Positions 23,261 to 36,219 of a stretch of DNA of 64,000 bases are shown one piece after another (positions within the stretch are counted from its first letter, which is position 1; each line of letters begins with the position of its first letter). The DNA comes from Yuukianura sp. NJ FZ-2021 (lineage: Eukaryota): NCBI GenBank assembly GCA_046563655.1, contig CM102283.1, positions 7,564,001 to 7,628,000 of the forward strand, written 5' to 3'. The notes under the pieces are model-generated. The model ran no database searches. It was given only the letters and a program-made list of their open reading frames with translations, and was not told the DNA's origin. Both the position numbers and the translations under genes were made by a program.

Positions 23261-26140
23261 ATGAGGCAACAATATTTCTATGACATTCATCCAGACTTTT
23301 TCTCAATTCAATCACAAGATGGATGTCTACGTCCATCAAATTTAAAGCCCATCGAAGTAGTGTTAAACGTTACATCTCTAAAGGTCGTCAAGGAATACAA
23401 GGCAAAATTTGACGAATTCACATGTGAAGATGGCGTTGACGAGCGAGATTTTTTTAAGCGCGTTTACTCGTCATCTGTTAGCCGGATCAAAGAAGATCGG
23501 AAAGAGTGGAAAAACATAAAAATTTTCTTCTCCATGATGTGCCGCTTCACGAAGACTCAAATGGACGGATCTGTCGAAACAAACCGTGGCTGTTTCATAT
23601 CATATCGACATCTCGTATACACAGAAGAAAGCCTTCCAAAGGTCTGGACGCTTATGGCCCACTAAATGTCCAACCAAATTGAGCACTTAACCTAACCCAC
23701 CGCTGCAGGATTGACAAGTTGGTCAGAACATATGCTCCCCACGCTTCAAAAGTGAGCACACAAGGAATCGAATTTCCGATGACGACGCAGCAATTGTCAT
23801 TATTTGAAAAGATCAATCCTCGTATCTCACTAACAGTTCTGGGCTATGACAAGCACGGCCCTGCAGCCCCGCCACGTACTCAGCAAAGTAGTCGTCAGAA
23901 ATCAAGCACTAACAACGGAGAAGAATTGGACTTGTTCAAGCACATGCAAGACAACATATCTATTCTCTACAATTCAAAGGAGACCAAACCTATTCATGTC
24001 GATCTAATGTGCCTCGCGCAAGGTAACAATTCACATTTCATCCTTATTCGAAATGTCGAATCGCTCATGTCGTCCCCCGATCACAAAGGCTCTAGACACA
24101 TTTGTCGCAATTGTCTTTCAAACTTTACACTTGCAAAAACGCTAAAAGAACATATTCCATACTGTGCTGCATAGGGTCTTCAAAAAGTCAAATAGCCAGA
24201 GGGGGATAAGTGCAAGTTGAAATTTGACAAATGGGCTCACACACAACCAATTCCATTTCGCTTTTACGCTGGTTTTGAAGCGTTTCTTAACAAATTTGAT
24301 TCTACTTGTGAACACGCAGTCTGTCGCCAACGGCACAAAGCACAAATGATGGGATCAAAAGAAAAAGAAGTCAAAGAAAATCCCCGTCGCAAGAATATTC
24401 ACAAACCTTGTGGATATGCATGGGTCTGCGTTGACTTTAACGGTAAGGGTCGTTATGGAGAATGCTATCACACAACAGACGACGATGAAGACGGGCTGCT
24501 CACTTTGTTGAAACCATTCTCAGATATTCCAAGACTCTTCAAAAGGAAATTGACGAATATGAGAAGATTGCTCCGAGAATGCTGGATCAAAACATAACCC
24601 GAGAGCAGCATGAAGCTTCACAACGCGAAACAAAATGCTGTTTTTGTGAAAAAGCATTTTTTCATGGTGAAACAAGAGTGCGCCACCATACACACCTTCC
24701 ACCTTTCAATTACATCGGTATGGCACATCAATCCTGCAATCTTGAAGCTCAGATTAAAAAGGAATTTCCAGTGTTCCTGCACAACTTCTCCTCCTACGAC
24801 GTCCACTTCCTGGTACAATCAATGGGGAAGCTGACAGAGGACAAAATCATCAAGAATGTTGAAGTTATTCCAAACAGCAGCGAGAAGTACTTGTGCAAGA
24901 CCGTTACTCCTGAGTATTCGGGATATGCGGAGGAAGAAGAAGACGACGAGGACTAGGTCGGGAATGCGAGAAGAAGAGAAAAGTACAAACTGCGATTTAC
25001 AGACAGTCTCGGCTTCACCCTCAAATCCCTAGACGGTCTGGTTAAGGTAATGCGTCAAGATCCAAATGCTACCTTTCCAGTCACCCGCCAAGAATTCCAG
25101 CAGGAAATCGATAATGGTGCCAACCTCCATCTCCTCTTCCAGAAAGGCGCCTACCCATATTCACTCATGAAATCCTGTGAAGACTTTGAGATGGACAGCC
25201 TACCACCAAAAGAGGCGTTCTTCAATGACATGACCGAAACGCCAATCCAGGACGCAGTCTACAATCACGCAAAGGACGTGTGTGTGTGAAAGCTTCAAAA
25301 TCAAAAACATGGGCGAGTGGTATGACCTTTACGTGCGTCTTGACGTTTCACTTCTGGCTGACGTGAAGGAGGGAGTTAGAAAGGTCATGATGGACAGCTA
25401 CGGATTGGAACTTCCAATCCGTCATTACCATTCTCTTCCAATGATGGCCATTGATTGTGCTCTAAAGAAGTCTAGAATTGTCCTAGAGTTAATCAGCGAC
25501 CCTACGATGCATTGTTTTTTTAGAGAATTCAATCAGGGGTAAGAAATTATATTATTAAAAATAATTGAAATTGTTGAAAACTAACGACTTCTTTTTAAGT
25601 TAGGCGGCTTCGTGTGCGTGGGATCTCGACGTTCTGCAACTGCAAACAATCCTTACATGGCTGACGAGTATAATCCGAAGAAACCCATCTATTATATCAT
25701 TTACATTGACGCGAATAATTTATACGTTTTGCCAAGGACTTCTGGAAGCTGCTGAACAACTCCGCTTTCGGAAAGACAATCGAGAAAGTCCGAAATCGAC
25801 AGCATGTGCGCATTGTCACAACGGTTGAGAAGGCGCTTTACTATAACAAGAAGCCAACGGTTCAAAACGTGATTCCCATAAACGAGACGACTTGTGTCTT
25901 TATCATGAAAAAACTTCAAGTGACACTAGCCAAACCAATCTTCACAGGAGTTACGGTACTTGAGCTGGCCAAGAGCGTCATGACAGGCTGGGCATGCAGG
26001 CAAAGTATGGAGACAAGTGTCGTCTGATATATACCGATACTGGTAAGTACAAACTACTTTTAGTTTTTGTCAAAATTCATTACAAAAACCAGAATTTTTT
26101 TTTCCTTGCAGATTTATCACATTGAAACCGAGGATGTGTA
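23261..26140 (+). pseudogene. Decayed Polinton/Maverick-type protein-primed family B DNA polymerase with endonuclease-VII-like insert
   Basis: Ordered motifs across frameshifts and stops: FEKINPRISLTVLGY; HICRNCL; CCFCEKAF...RHHTHL...GMAHQSCNL; PVFLHNFSSYDVHF; RFTDSL; QKGAYPY; LPPKEAFF; IKNMGEWYDLYVRLDVSLLADV; YIDANNLY; KLLNNSAFGKT; KPIFTGVTVLELAK; YTDTD. Confidence 0.88.
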
Positions 26141-26731
26141 GTCGAGGATGTGTGTTCGAAATTTCTATACAAAAATTTCATTACTTGTTTTTTCGACTTT
26201 TCTGTTTTTGATATTTTCTGTCGACATTTTTGTTTTTGATATTTTTTATATTCTCTCATTTTGTCATTTCCCCTCCCTTGTAGTACTAGTGCGCACAGGC
26301 AGGCTCGAACCCCTACGAAGGGGCAATAACAGAGTGATTTTTCTTTTTCAAAAATAAAAAAGTTGAAAAGTGTTCAAAAATATCACGAATTTTTTTTTTT
26401 GCCTGGGGTGTTGGAAATCGCCAAGAAAAAATCATTTTGTCATTGAGTTTTTTCCCCTCAAATACTGAGGCTGACTAACCCCTACGAAGGGGCAATTCCA
26501 TATATAGTGATGTCGAGTTCTACACCAACTACTGAAAATTCGATTTTTTTTCGACATTTCAAAGTTGTGCGTGACCAATAGAGGGTCAAAAACTTCAAAA
26601 ATTCAAATACTTAGCGAATTAAACGTTAAAATACCATGACATAACGTGACCTTAAATGATATTTGATCAAAAGAAGCTAAGGTCAAAGTTTAGAAATCGA
26701 AACCCAGTTTGAGGCTTCCAGATAGTCTCTT

Positions 26732-28463
26732 TCAAGATGTACATGATCCGCCATTTTGTGCAGCAGTGACCGAATTTAACGCATCGACTGCTCCCATTCC
26801 ATATTCGTTGTTAGGGTATTGTAATGTTCCAAATCGAGAATTTGCAACTTCACAAATATTACTCGGACGATTTAAGCCAGTTTGGCGACATCCGTTGAGT
26901 AAGTAGGTTTTCAATTGATTAATGTTCCGACTACTGCTGGGGCACGCTGAGATTATAAGAGCAGCAACTCCTACAAGGAACCAATCAAATCCATTCTACT
27001 GTAAAATTAGCTAGATAAGTTAACTTCAAATGTTAATATATAAAGGGCTACGGTATACTGATGCGGTTCAATTTTACCTGCGACATGGGGTGTAGCCATA
27101 CTGGTACCGGAAATTGTATTGGTGGCAACATCACTCGTGTACCATGCACTGGTTATGGCAACGCCTGGAGCAGCTACATTCGGTTTGTATAGAACCGGCG
27201 GGAAAGTTAAATCAGGGGCGGACGATAGTGCTCGACTGCTGAATGCTGCTAGAGTATTGGTATTGTCAAAGGCTCCCACGGATACAACTGTTTCGTATCG
27301 CCCAGGAGACCCACTTGATCCGCATGTTGGACCAGTATTTCCATTGGCAAAGATTGGCAAAATATTCATCGCTTGCCAACAAATCACAACGGATTCGTAG
27401 AACGTATCCAGTCCAGGGCCACCCCAACTAACATAACAAAAATTACAGAATTTAATTAATTAAGTAGTGAAATTAAGCAAAAACTGGAACCTAACCTGTT
27501 ACTACATAGGTGTGGCTTCATTTTACATCCGTTGGTTTCCGTGTCAGGGCAAACGATCCACTGACCACATGAAACCAAGTCCGATTCTGCGCATGCGTTC
27601 GACTGACAACCCTTGCATGTTAACCACTTTGCCCCAGGGGCAACTCCGATTCCATTCGAACCCACAATTGTGCCTATAATTTCAAAAACGATTTGAAACA
27701 CTAAATTTGAAAATGGCGCATAAAATTTTATAGTGTACCCATCGTATGTGTGCCATGCCCAACTTGGTCATTTGGTTCCTTAGTGTTGTTGGCTGGGTCC
27801 CACCAAAGTCCAAGATAATTAGCCTTCAAATCCTTATGCGTCCATCTTACACCAGAGTCAATCGTAGCAACGATGACCCCTGACCCAGTGATTCCTTTGT
27901 TCCAAACGGCTGATGCCCGGACGGAGTCGATTCCTGAAAAATTTGTTGTATTTTTGAAAATTTTCTGCAAATTTTGAATTTTAAGATCAAGAAAAGAATG
28001 GTTTACCCCATGAAGCTGCAATTTTAGTTGTATTTGAAGCTGCAATTGGATCCAAAGTGAAAACACGTTCTTCGGTGATGGCAGTAACAGCATCATGATG
28101 CTGCAAAATTGAAACTAGCGCCGCGTTGCATTGCGGTACATAAACCGAATTCGAAATCCAGAATGACTTGAAATTTCGAATTCCTAGGATATGCAAAAGA
28201 TCATGAATTGGTTTTTGTGTTTCCTTTGCATGTTGCTTCAGTTTACGAATTAATGCAACAGTAGATTCAGATGTAGCTTTTGTGACGTCACGGTCACGTA
28301 CCGCTTTCTGGCAAATGTCCATAGCTCCACCGATTGATACAAATACGTTTGCAACGCCATTGTCAGCCAGTTTTTGTTTCAAAGTTTCTCGAAGTTGAAC
28401 AATTCCTAGCGAAGTTTGAAGTATACCCGAAATTATAACGATTTTGAACAAAACGTTCCACAT
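26732..28463 (-). CDS. Secreted S8 subtilase A, bacillopeptidase-F-like; 5 exons
   Basis: Signal peptide plus propeptide (SFWISNSVYV). Catalytic triad motifs IDSGVRWTH, GHGTHTMGT, GTSMATPHVAG; also GIGVAPGAKWLTCKGC and C-terminal YPNNEYGMG. Confidence 0.9.
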
Positions 28464-28649
28464 TTTGAAAATAATTTGGACTTGTTACTGCTTCGGTTGC
28501 TTTTCAAAAACTGGGACAAAAAAATTCAAAAATAGGATTTGAACAAAGGCGATTTTATTTGAACTGGGAGGAAATTTTGGATTCTTTTTTTAAATCTTTT
28601 GTTTTCGGTTGAACAAAGCACCAAAATTTGGTTCTCTGAATTGTGTATT

Positions 28650-30720
28650 TTAACTTGTAGCCTTCACAAGTGAGTTTTTGGCGTTTAGAATCCCTTGTCC
28701 AAATTCATTGTTTGGAAATCTATAACTAAACCCTTGAACTTCACAATTTATGTCATAAGGCCTGTGGACGTTTTGCGTTGCTCCTTGAAGTAAAGCGGAT
28801 TTGACCTGGTCAAAGGTCATTTTTCCCTGAGTTTCAAACATCAGAGCAACAACTCCTGTTACGTGAGGAGCAGCCATGCTAATAAAAAAAAACGAAAATT
28901 TTTACAAAAAATAAATTATGAAAAACGACACTTTTAGTCATAAAAGTCACCTCGTTCCAGAAATTTTGCGGTAGTCGTTGTCTCCAGTATGCCAAGCACT
29001 GAGAACGCTTTCACCTAGAAATCCAATTACAAAAAATTAAGCTTTTCAGGCACTCTTCATCTAACGATATTTACTATATTGTATTACGTTATAAAGTTAA
29101 CTTTAACTAACCAGGAGCGGAGATGTCTGGTTTAATTTTTCCACCGATGATACCCAGCAAACCTCCAGTAGGTCCTCTACTGCTGAATCTCGAAAGTTCA
29201 TCCTTGGCATTGAATGATCCAACGGAGATGACACTGTCGTAGTCACCGGGCGAAGTGGCAGTACGACACCTTGGTCCACTATTTCCAACGGAAAATATTG
29301 GAATGATTCCAGCAGAGCGCCATGCGGCAATCATTTTGACATAAGAGGGGTCATTCCCCACCGAATTTCCCCAACTGGAATGAAACAAGGGAAGATTAAA
29401 TGTGACATGAAGATGCTTGATTACATTTAGATTAGTAGTAGAGTAGTGTCTTTTTAACCATCCTTAACTGACTTAATTACCTTAATAAATTCTTACCTGT
29501 TGTTAATTATCATTGGAGCTTTGGAGCAATCAGCGTCGCTACCATCAGGTTTCGTTGGACACAAAAAGAACTGACCACAACTGAGGAGGTCAGACTGTGC
29601 ACAAGCCCTAGTTTGGCACCCTTGAAGTTTCAATTTAATACTATTTTATACAAATTACGATAATTCAGTAAAAACAAATCCTACCATAAAGCCTAGTTTT
29701 GCTTGAAAATTTGAGCTGATTTTAATTTTTCTATAATTATTATAATTGTAACTTATTAAAACTCGTCTTACCTTTGCATGACATCCATTTAGCATGCGGC
29801 GCAACGCCAATATTTTTTCCAACAATTGTTCCTGTAAGTACGAAATTTTTAGACTGTGATTATATTCTGGACATGTATTTCATAATCTCGACAACTTTTT
29901 ACACATATTTATAAAATTACGAAATTTAGTAGAATCAAAGTAGAATTAATTATGACGTACCCATCGTATGGGTTCCATGACCAATGCCGTCATTTGGAAA
30001 CGGCGTCTCTTCAACTGGATCATACCAGCCATGGTCTCCACCCACATAACTATCGGCCAATTCAGCATGCGTATGTCTAAAAATGTTACAATTTTTCAAA
30101 ATCAAAAAAGTTGCTAAGGTTTTAAGTTTTTTTAGTTCTAATAACCTAACTCCGGAATCAATTGAGCCAACAATGACAGGTTTGGAGCTTTTCTTAAGTG
30201 ATTTTTGTAGTCTCCTTGCTCCTGGAACGTCAATTTTCTCCATGCCCCAAGTATACTCGTCATCATCAAAAGTTGCCACCTTTGGTTCCAGTGGTCCAAA
30301 TCCAGCAAAAGATTCTTCCTGGATGAATCCAATGACTGATCCAAGTGTTTGCAGCAGTACAACCAGTGGTCTGGTGGCTCCCTTGCAATAGATCTGATTC
30401 GTGATCCAGTACTGCTTGATAGTCAGGTCAGTTCCAGTGGTAGCTACGAATTTATTCAGGACGTCCATCACGATCTGCTGCGTTCTGTTGGCAAGGCCTT
30501 TGAGGTCATTCGTCAACGACGTAATATGAAGTCCACGGTCGCCCAACGTTTGGTCCAAGACGTCATTCAAAATTTGTTCTGGTCCTTCGGCCAAAGTGAT
30601 GAAAATATTAGCACTGCCCTCTGTGGACAAAATGGAACCGAGGTTGCCTAGCAACGGAACACTTTGGACTCTAGATACAACACCGAAGGACAAAAACAGA
30701 ATTACCACAATCTTGGACAT
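28650..30720 (-). CDS. Secreted S8 subtilase B, bacillopeptidase-F-like; ~7 exons
   Basis: MSKIVVILFLSFGVVSRVQS; IDSGVR|HTH; GHGTHTM; SWGNS; KPDISAPG; SGT|SMAAPHVTG; FPNNEFGQG. Confidence 0.9.
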
Positions 30721-31575
30721 TCTGGATACCAGATTTTCAAGTAATGCTAAACAACATAAAATGTAATACAAAGTTACACTTTTTATAATGCAAAACAATT
30801 TTAGTTATACAAAAAGAAATTAAATTAAGGTTCTGATTCATTAACCTCAATTATTGGAGAAGCAGCAATTTTATGCCATTTTATACCCAGTTTCCAGTTA
30901 TGCTAATTCTGAAAACAACAAAAACATACGCAACTTCACTCAGAATGCTGAAGTCACGCATGCGGACATCGCAGATGATACATCGAGGGACAACGCAGAT
31001 ACATACACTTTGTGCGTCACTAAAAACTTTTTGAATTTTTAGAGTTAACTTTGTTTTTGTGTTGTTTTTTTTTAATAGAATTCGACACGTCTCGAATGAT
31101 TTGAAAAGACAACAAAAGACCTTTGACGTCCAAATTCTGAATTTGTTGACACCAAAATTCAAAAATTGGACGTCACTGGTCTTGTCGTTTTGAAGAGTCT
31201 TAAAAGGTTTTTATTGTTAATGTTAATTTAAATTTAAATTAGAAAGTGTGAAATAGTGAAACGTAGTTTTGATTTTGATCGAATGTTTTTGCTCCGTCAC
31301 TGTTTTGCTTTAAATGGGAAGTCCATATCATCTTTTGACCACCGAAGTTTGAATTATACTCGAAATTGCAACAATTTATCAACAGCATTCAACATATTTT
31401 GGATTTATTGTGATATTGTTACTCGTCACTTTTCAAAAACTGAAACAAGAAAATCGAAAATGGCATTTGAAAATAGGTGATATTATTTGACCTAGGGAGA
31501 AAAATTATTCTTTTTTAAATTTTTTGTTTTTGGTAGAACAAAGCACAAATTTTTGTGTTTTCTGCATTGTGTATT

Positions 31576-34500
31576 TTAACTTATAGCCTTCATAAGTGTG
31601 TTTTTGGCGTTTAGAATTCCTTGTCCAAATTCATTATTTGGAAATCTAAATTTAAAAAGTTGAGCTTCACAAATTCCGCCAGAAGGCCTTCTGCCGTCTT
31701 GTGTTGCTCCTTGGAGTAAAGCGGATTTGACTTGGTCAAAGGTCATGTTGCCTCGAGTTTCAAACATTAAAGCAACAACTCCTGTCACGTGAGGGGCAGC
31801 CATACTAATAAGAAGAAAAAAGGTGTTTTTTGTCAAAAAGTGTTGTTAAGTAAAAATTACATTCAAAAAATGTTCTACCTGGTTCCCGAAATTTTCCGAT
31901 AGTCGTTGTCTCCGGTGTGCCAAGCACTGAGAACATTTTCTCCTGAAAATTATATAAAAAATGTTAAAAACTTTACTTTTTTTATCGATCTTTTTTTTAA
32001 ATTAAAAATTTAGTTAAAAATTTAAAAGTTTAACCTGGAGCAGACATATCTGGCTTAGTTCTTCCGCCGATACCCAGCAAACCTCCAGCAGGACCTCTAC
32101 TACTGAATTTCGAAAGTTCATTTTGGGCATTAGAAGATCCAACGGAGATGACATTGTCGTAGTCACCCGGCGAAGTGGCAGTTCCACACCCTGGGCCAGT
32201 ATTTCCAATGGAAAATATTGGAATGATTCCAGCAGAACGCCATGCCGCAACCATTTTAACATAGGTGGGATCATTCCCCTTCTCGTTTCCCCAACTAAAA
32301 TAAAATTTTGAAAAAGATTTCAAAATTTTGAAATAATGTCACGGTCAAAGACATTCGTCATTTTCTTTTTGTCCTAAAAGTAAATTCCTATTGTTGGACT
32401 TTGTAACGCCTTGATGAAAGTAAACTTGTGACTATTTTTTTAGCCACAAACGTCATTCACCTCGTGAATTTCTTTAAGTTTTTTCAAGTGATTGATCAAA
32501 GGACAAGATTCCTTTTTTTTGCTTTCTTTACATTGCTGTCCTTCATTTCAATACAATTGCAAACTCATCACCTTTATTCCTATAAATAAAAAGGTGGTTA
32601 GGGAGAATTTTCACACTGTAATTCTGAAAACAAAATTGCGACTTTTCTGCATCAGGTTTGCAGTATTTCTGGTTTTGAATTAAAAAAAGATCAAATGAAG
32701 TCGAGTTGTGGTTTCAAAATAATTTTCTTAATTTTTTTGACATTGCCAATTAGCTACTGTCAACTTGAGTATGTTGCAACTTCGACACCTCGGATTGTTA
32801 GTACACTTTGCATGAGCGCTAGATATCGACCGGGAGTACCATACAAATTTTTCGATTGCTACAATTACGCTCCTGTAAGATACTTTCAAAGCACAAACGT
32901 TGATTTTAACGTTGAAGTTGAAATTAATTTGAACTAACTTTTTTGAAACCGAATTTTACAGGGGAAACCCGTTTTCGTAAAATGTCAAAAACGATTTTTC
33001 GGCGGCGTCCTCGACAATTTATCAACAATAAGCTACTCCTGTCCTCGTGTTTGGCTACTCCCTCCGGTAACTACCTTTCCAAAAACTTATTTCGCATTAA
33101 TATATAATATTCTATAAATATATTATATTAATAATATATCAAACTCGAGTATATTGGTCTGTCACTAATGTCGTAATGCTTTGCCTTTGCAGTATATTCT
33201 ATGTGTCGCAAACGGATTGAGAGCAGCAGGACTCGACCCGGTTAGCACTGTTGCAAAAGTTAACGTAAGTGCCTCAAATGTCAGTCAGTTAATTAAGTTT
33301 AAAGCTAACTACATAATCAGCGGTATAATTAAGTTAGGTTGATGGACATTGATGAATTGAAAACTTTTAAATATTTGCAGATGTGTCAATCGAAAGTAGT
33401 CGGATTGGGGTAACTTTGCTTGTGTTCGACTCGAATTTTGGAAGTTGAAATTGAAATGAAAAAATCAACCATCTAACCATTTATAACTGAATTAAGTAGT
33501 TAAGACAAGTTTTAATTATAACCTACCTGTTGTTAATTATCATTGGAGCTTTGGAGCAGTCAGGGTCACTACCATCAGGTTTCGTTGGACACAAGAGGAA
33601 CTGACCACAACTGAGGACGTCCGACTGCGCACAAACTTCAGTTTGACACCCTGGAATTACAATTTAATGTAAAATTACAATAATTTAGTACAAAAAAATT
33701 CTAGCACAAGCTTAAAAACTTAGTCTTGTTTGAACCAACATTTGAAATTATTTTAATTACTACTAACAGTAACTTATTAAAACTCGTCTTACCTTTGCAT
33801 GTCAACCACTTTGCATTCGGCGCAATGCCAATATTTTTTCCCACAATGGTTCCTGTAAGCACAAAACAAGTTTTTAGAAGGTTCGTATATTCTGGACAAG
33901 AATTTCATAACATCGACAACTTTTGACAAATTTTTACAAAATTACGAAATTTACGTCAACGTAAATTACGTAATTAAGGGTTAATTACATTAATAACTTA
34001 CCCATCGTGTGACTTCCATGACCAATGTCGTCATTTGGAAACGGCGTCTCTTCAACCGGATCATACCAACCATGCTCTCCACCAACGTAACTATCGGCCA
34101 ATTCAGTATGCGTGTGTCTAGAAAAAGTTTTCAAAATTTTCAAAATCATAATTTTTTTTGATTTCTTACCTTATTTTTGATTTTTTACCTGGCTCCAGAA
34201 TCAATTGAGCCAATGATGACCGGTCCGTGGTTACTCCTAAGCGATTCTTGCAGTTTCCATGCTCCTGGAACGTCAATTTTCTCCATGCCCCAAGTATACT
34301 CTTCCTCAGTATAAGTTGCCACCTTTGGTTCCATTGGTCCAAATCCAGCATACAATTCTTCCTGGATGAATCCAATGATGGATCCAAGTGCTTGCAGCAG
34401 TACGACCAGTACTCTGGTGGCTCCTTTGACATAGATCTGATTGGTGATCCAGTACTGCTTGATAGTCAAGTTAGTTCCAGTAGTGGCCATAAAGTTATTC

Positions 34501-34793
34501 AGGACGTCCATGACGACCTGCTGAGTTCTGTTGGCATGTTCCTTGAGGTCATTCGTCATTGACGTAATTTGACGTCCACGGTCACCAAAAGTTTGGCCTA
34601 AGACGTTATTCAAAATTTGTTCTGGTCCATCAGCCAAAGTAATGAAAATATTGGCACTGCCCTCTGTAGACAAAATGGAATCGAGGTTGCCTAGCAACGG
34701 AATGCTCGGAAGACCTTGTGCAATATTCGGAATATTTTGGGCTCTGGATGCAACAGCAAGGAACAAGAACAGAATAACCACAAACTTGGACAT
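31576..34793 (-). CDS. Secreted S8 subtilase C, paralog of B; ~7 exons, with one intron enlarged to ~1.2 kb (about 32297-33527)
   Basis: MSKFVVILFLFLAVASRAQ; IDSGAR; GHGSHTM; KPDMSAPG; SMAAPHVTG; exon structure collinear with B. Confidence 0.85.
32695..33413 (+). CDS. Nested 129-aa small secreted six-cysteine protein; 4 exons (32695-32874, 32962-33066, 33193-33264, 33381-33413)
   Basis: Signal peptide MKSSCGFKIIFLIFLTLPISYC. Three phase-0 GT-AG introns join an uninterrupted ORF ending MCQSKVVGLG*. It lies antisense within the subtilase C intron. Confidence 0.75.
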
Positions 34794-35235
34794 TCTGACC
34801 TTCAAGTAATGCTAAACAGCAAGTCAAGACTAGGATTTTTTGGGAAAGTTCCACACTTTTTATAAAGCAAAATTTTTTATAGTTTTGAGAAAAGGAATTA
34901 AATTAAGGTTCTGATTCATTAACCTCAATTGGACAACCAGCAATTCCGTGCGGTTTTATATCCAGTTTCCAGTTATGCTAATTTTTAGCAACAAAAAACA
35001 TAAACTTCATTTAAACTGGTAAAATCACGCATGCGCACAAATGATTCATCGTTGGACAAACCTTGTGCCTCACTAAAAACTGTGTGAATTGTTTAAATTA
35101 CTTTGTTTTCATGTTGCTTTTCACAAGAATTTGACAAATCTGAATTATTATCTGAAAAGATGACGAACCCTGTGACGCCCAACCTTGAAATTTTCGTGAC
35201 AAAAATGCTCAAAATATTGATTTTGTTAACATTAC

Positions 35236-36219
35236 AGGCATTCGGGAAGTACCAATATTTTTTCCAACAATTGTTCCTGCAAGTTTTTAGACGGCGATTA
35301 TATTCAGGAAGTGTATAATAAGCCTCGACAAGTTGTCGGTCGAAAACTTTTTACGAATATTTACAAAATTACGAAATTTACGTCAAGGTAAATTACGTAA
35401 TTAAAAGTGGATTTAATTATGACCTACCCATCGTATGGGTTCCATGACCAATGCCGTCATTTGGAAGCGGCGTCTCTTCAACTGGATCATACCAGCCATA
35501 CTCTCCGCCAACATAACTATCGGCCAATTCAGCATGTGTATGTCTAAAAATGTCAAAATTTTCCAAAATCAAAAAATTGAAAACTTTGGAAGTTTTTTTT
35601 CTTTTAGGTCTAACCTAACTCCAGAATCAATTGAGGCAACGATGACAGGTCCGTGGTTACCCCTAAGCGATTTTTGTAGTTCCCATGCTCCTGGAGCTTC
35701 AATTTTCTCCATGCCCCAAGTATACTCGTCCTCAGAATAACTTGCCACTTCTGGATCTATTGGTCCAAATCCAGCAAACGATTCTTCCTGGATGGATCCA
35801 ATGACTGATCCAAGTGCTTGCAGCAGTACAATCAGTGGACTGGTGGCTCCCTTGACATAGATCTGATTGGTGATCCAGTACTGCTTGATAGTCAGGTCAG
35901 TTCCAGTGGTGGCCACGAACTCATTCAGGACGTCCATGACAACCTGCTGAGTTCTATTGGCAAGGTCTTTGAGGTCATTCGTCATTGACGTAATTTGACT
36001 CCCACGGTCGCCAAGCGTTTGGTCCAAGACATTATTCAAAATTTGTTCTGGTCCTTCGGCCAAAGTGATGAAAATGTTGGCACTGCCCTCTGTGGACAAA
36101 ATGGATTCGAGGTTGCCTAGCAACGGAATGTTTGAAAGACCTTGGGCCAAATCAGGAATAATTTGGGCTCTGGTTACAACAGTAAAGGACAAAAACAGAA
36201 TTACCACAAACTTGGACAT
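35236..36219 (-). pseudogene. 3'-truncated S8 subtilase D
   Basis: Exons 1-2 are near-identical to B/C (IDSGVR, GHGTHTM). Exon 3 diverges after GTIVGKNIG at ~35250 and runs into the upstream region of gene C. No catalytic-Ser exon. Confidence 0.8.

Noticed and set aside
23261-26140. Intact, active Polinton or endogenous virus
   Set aside because: Multiple stops, frameshifts and an internal deletion; no integrase, capsid, ATPase or long TIRs seen.
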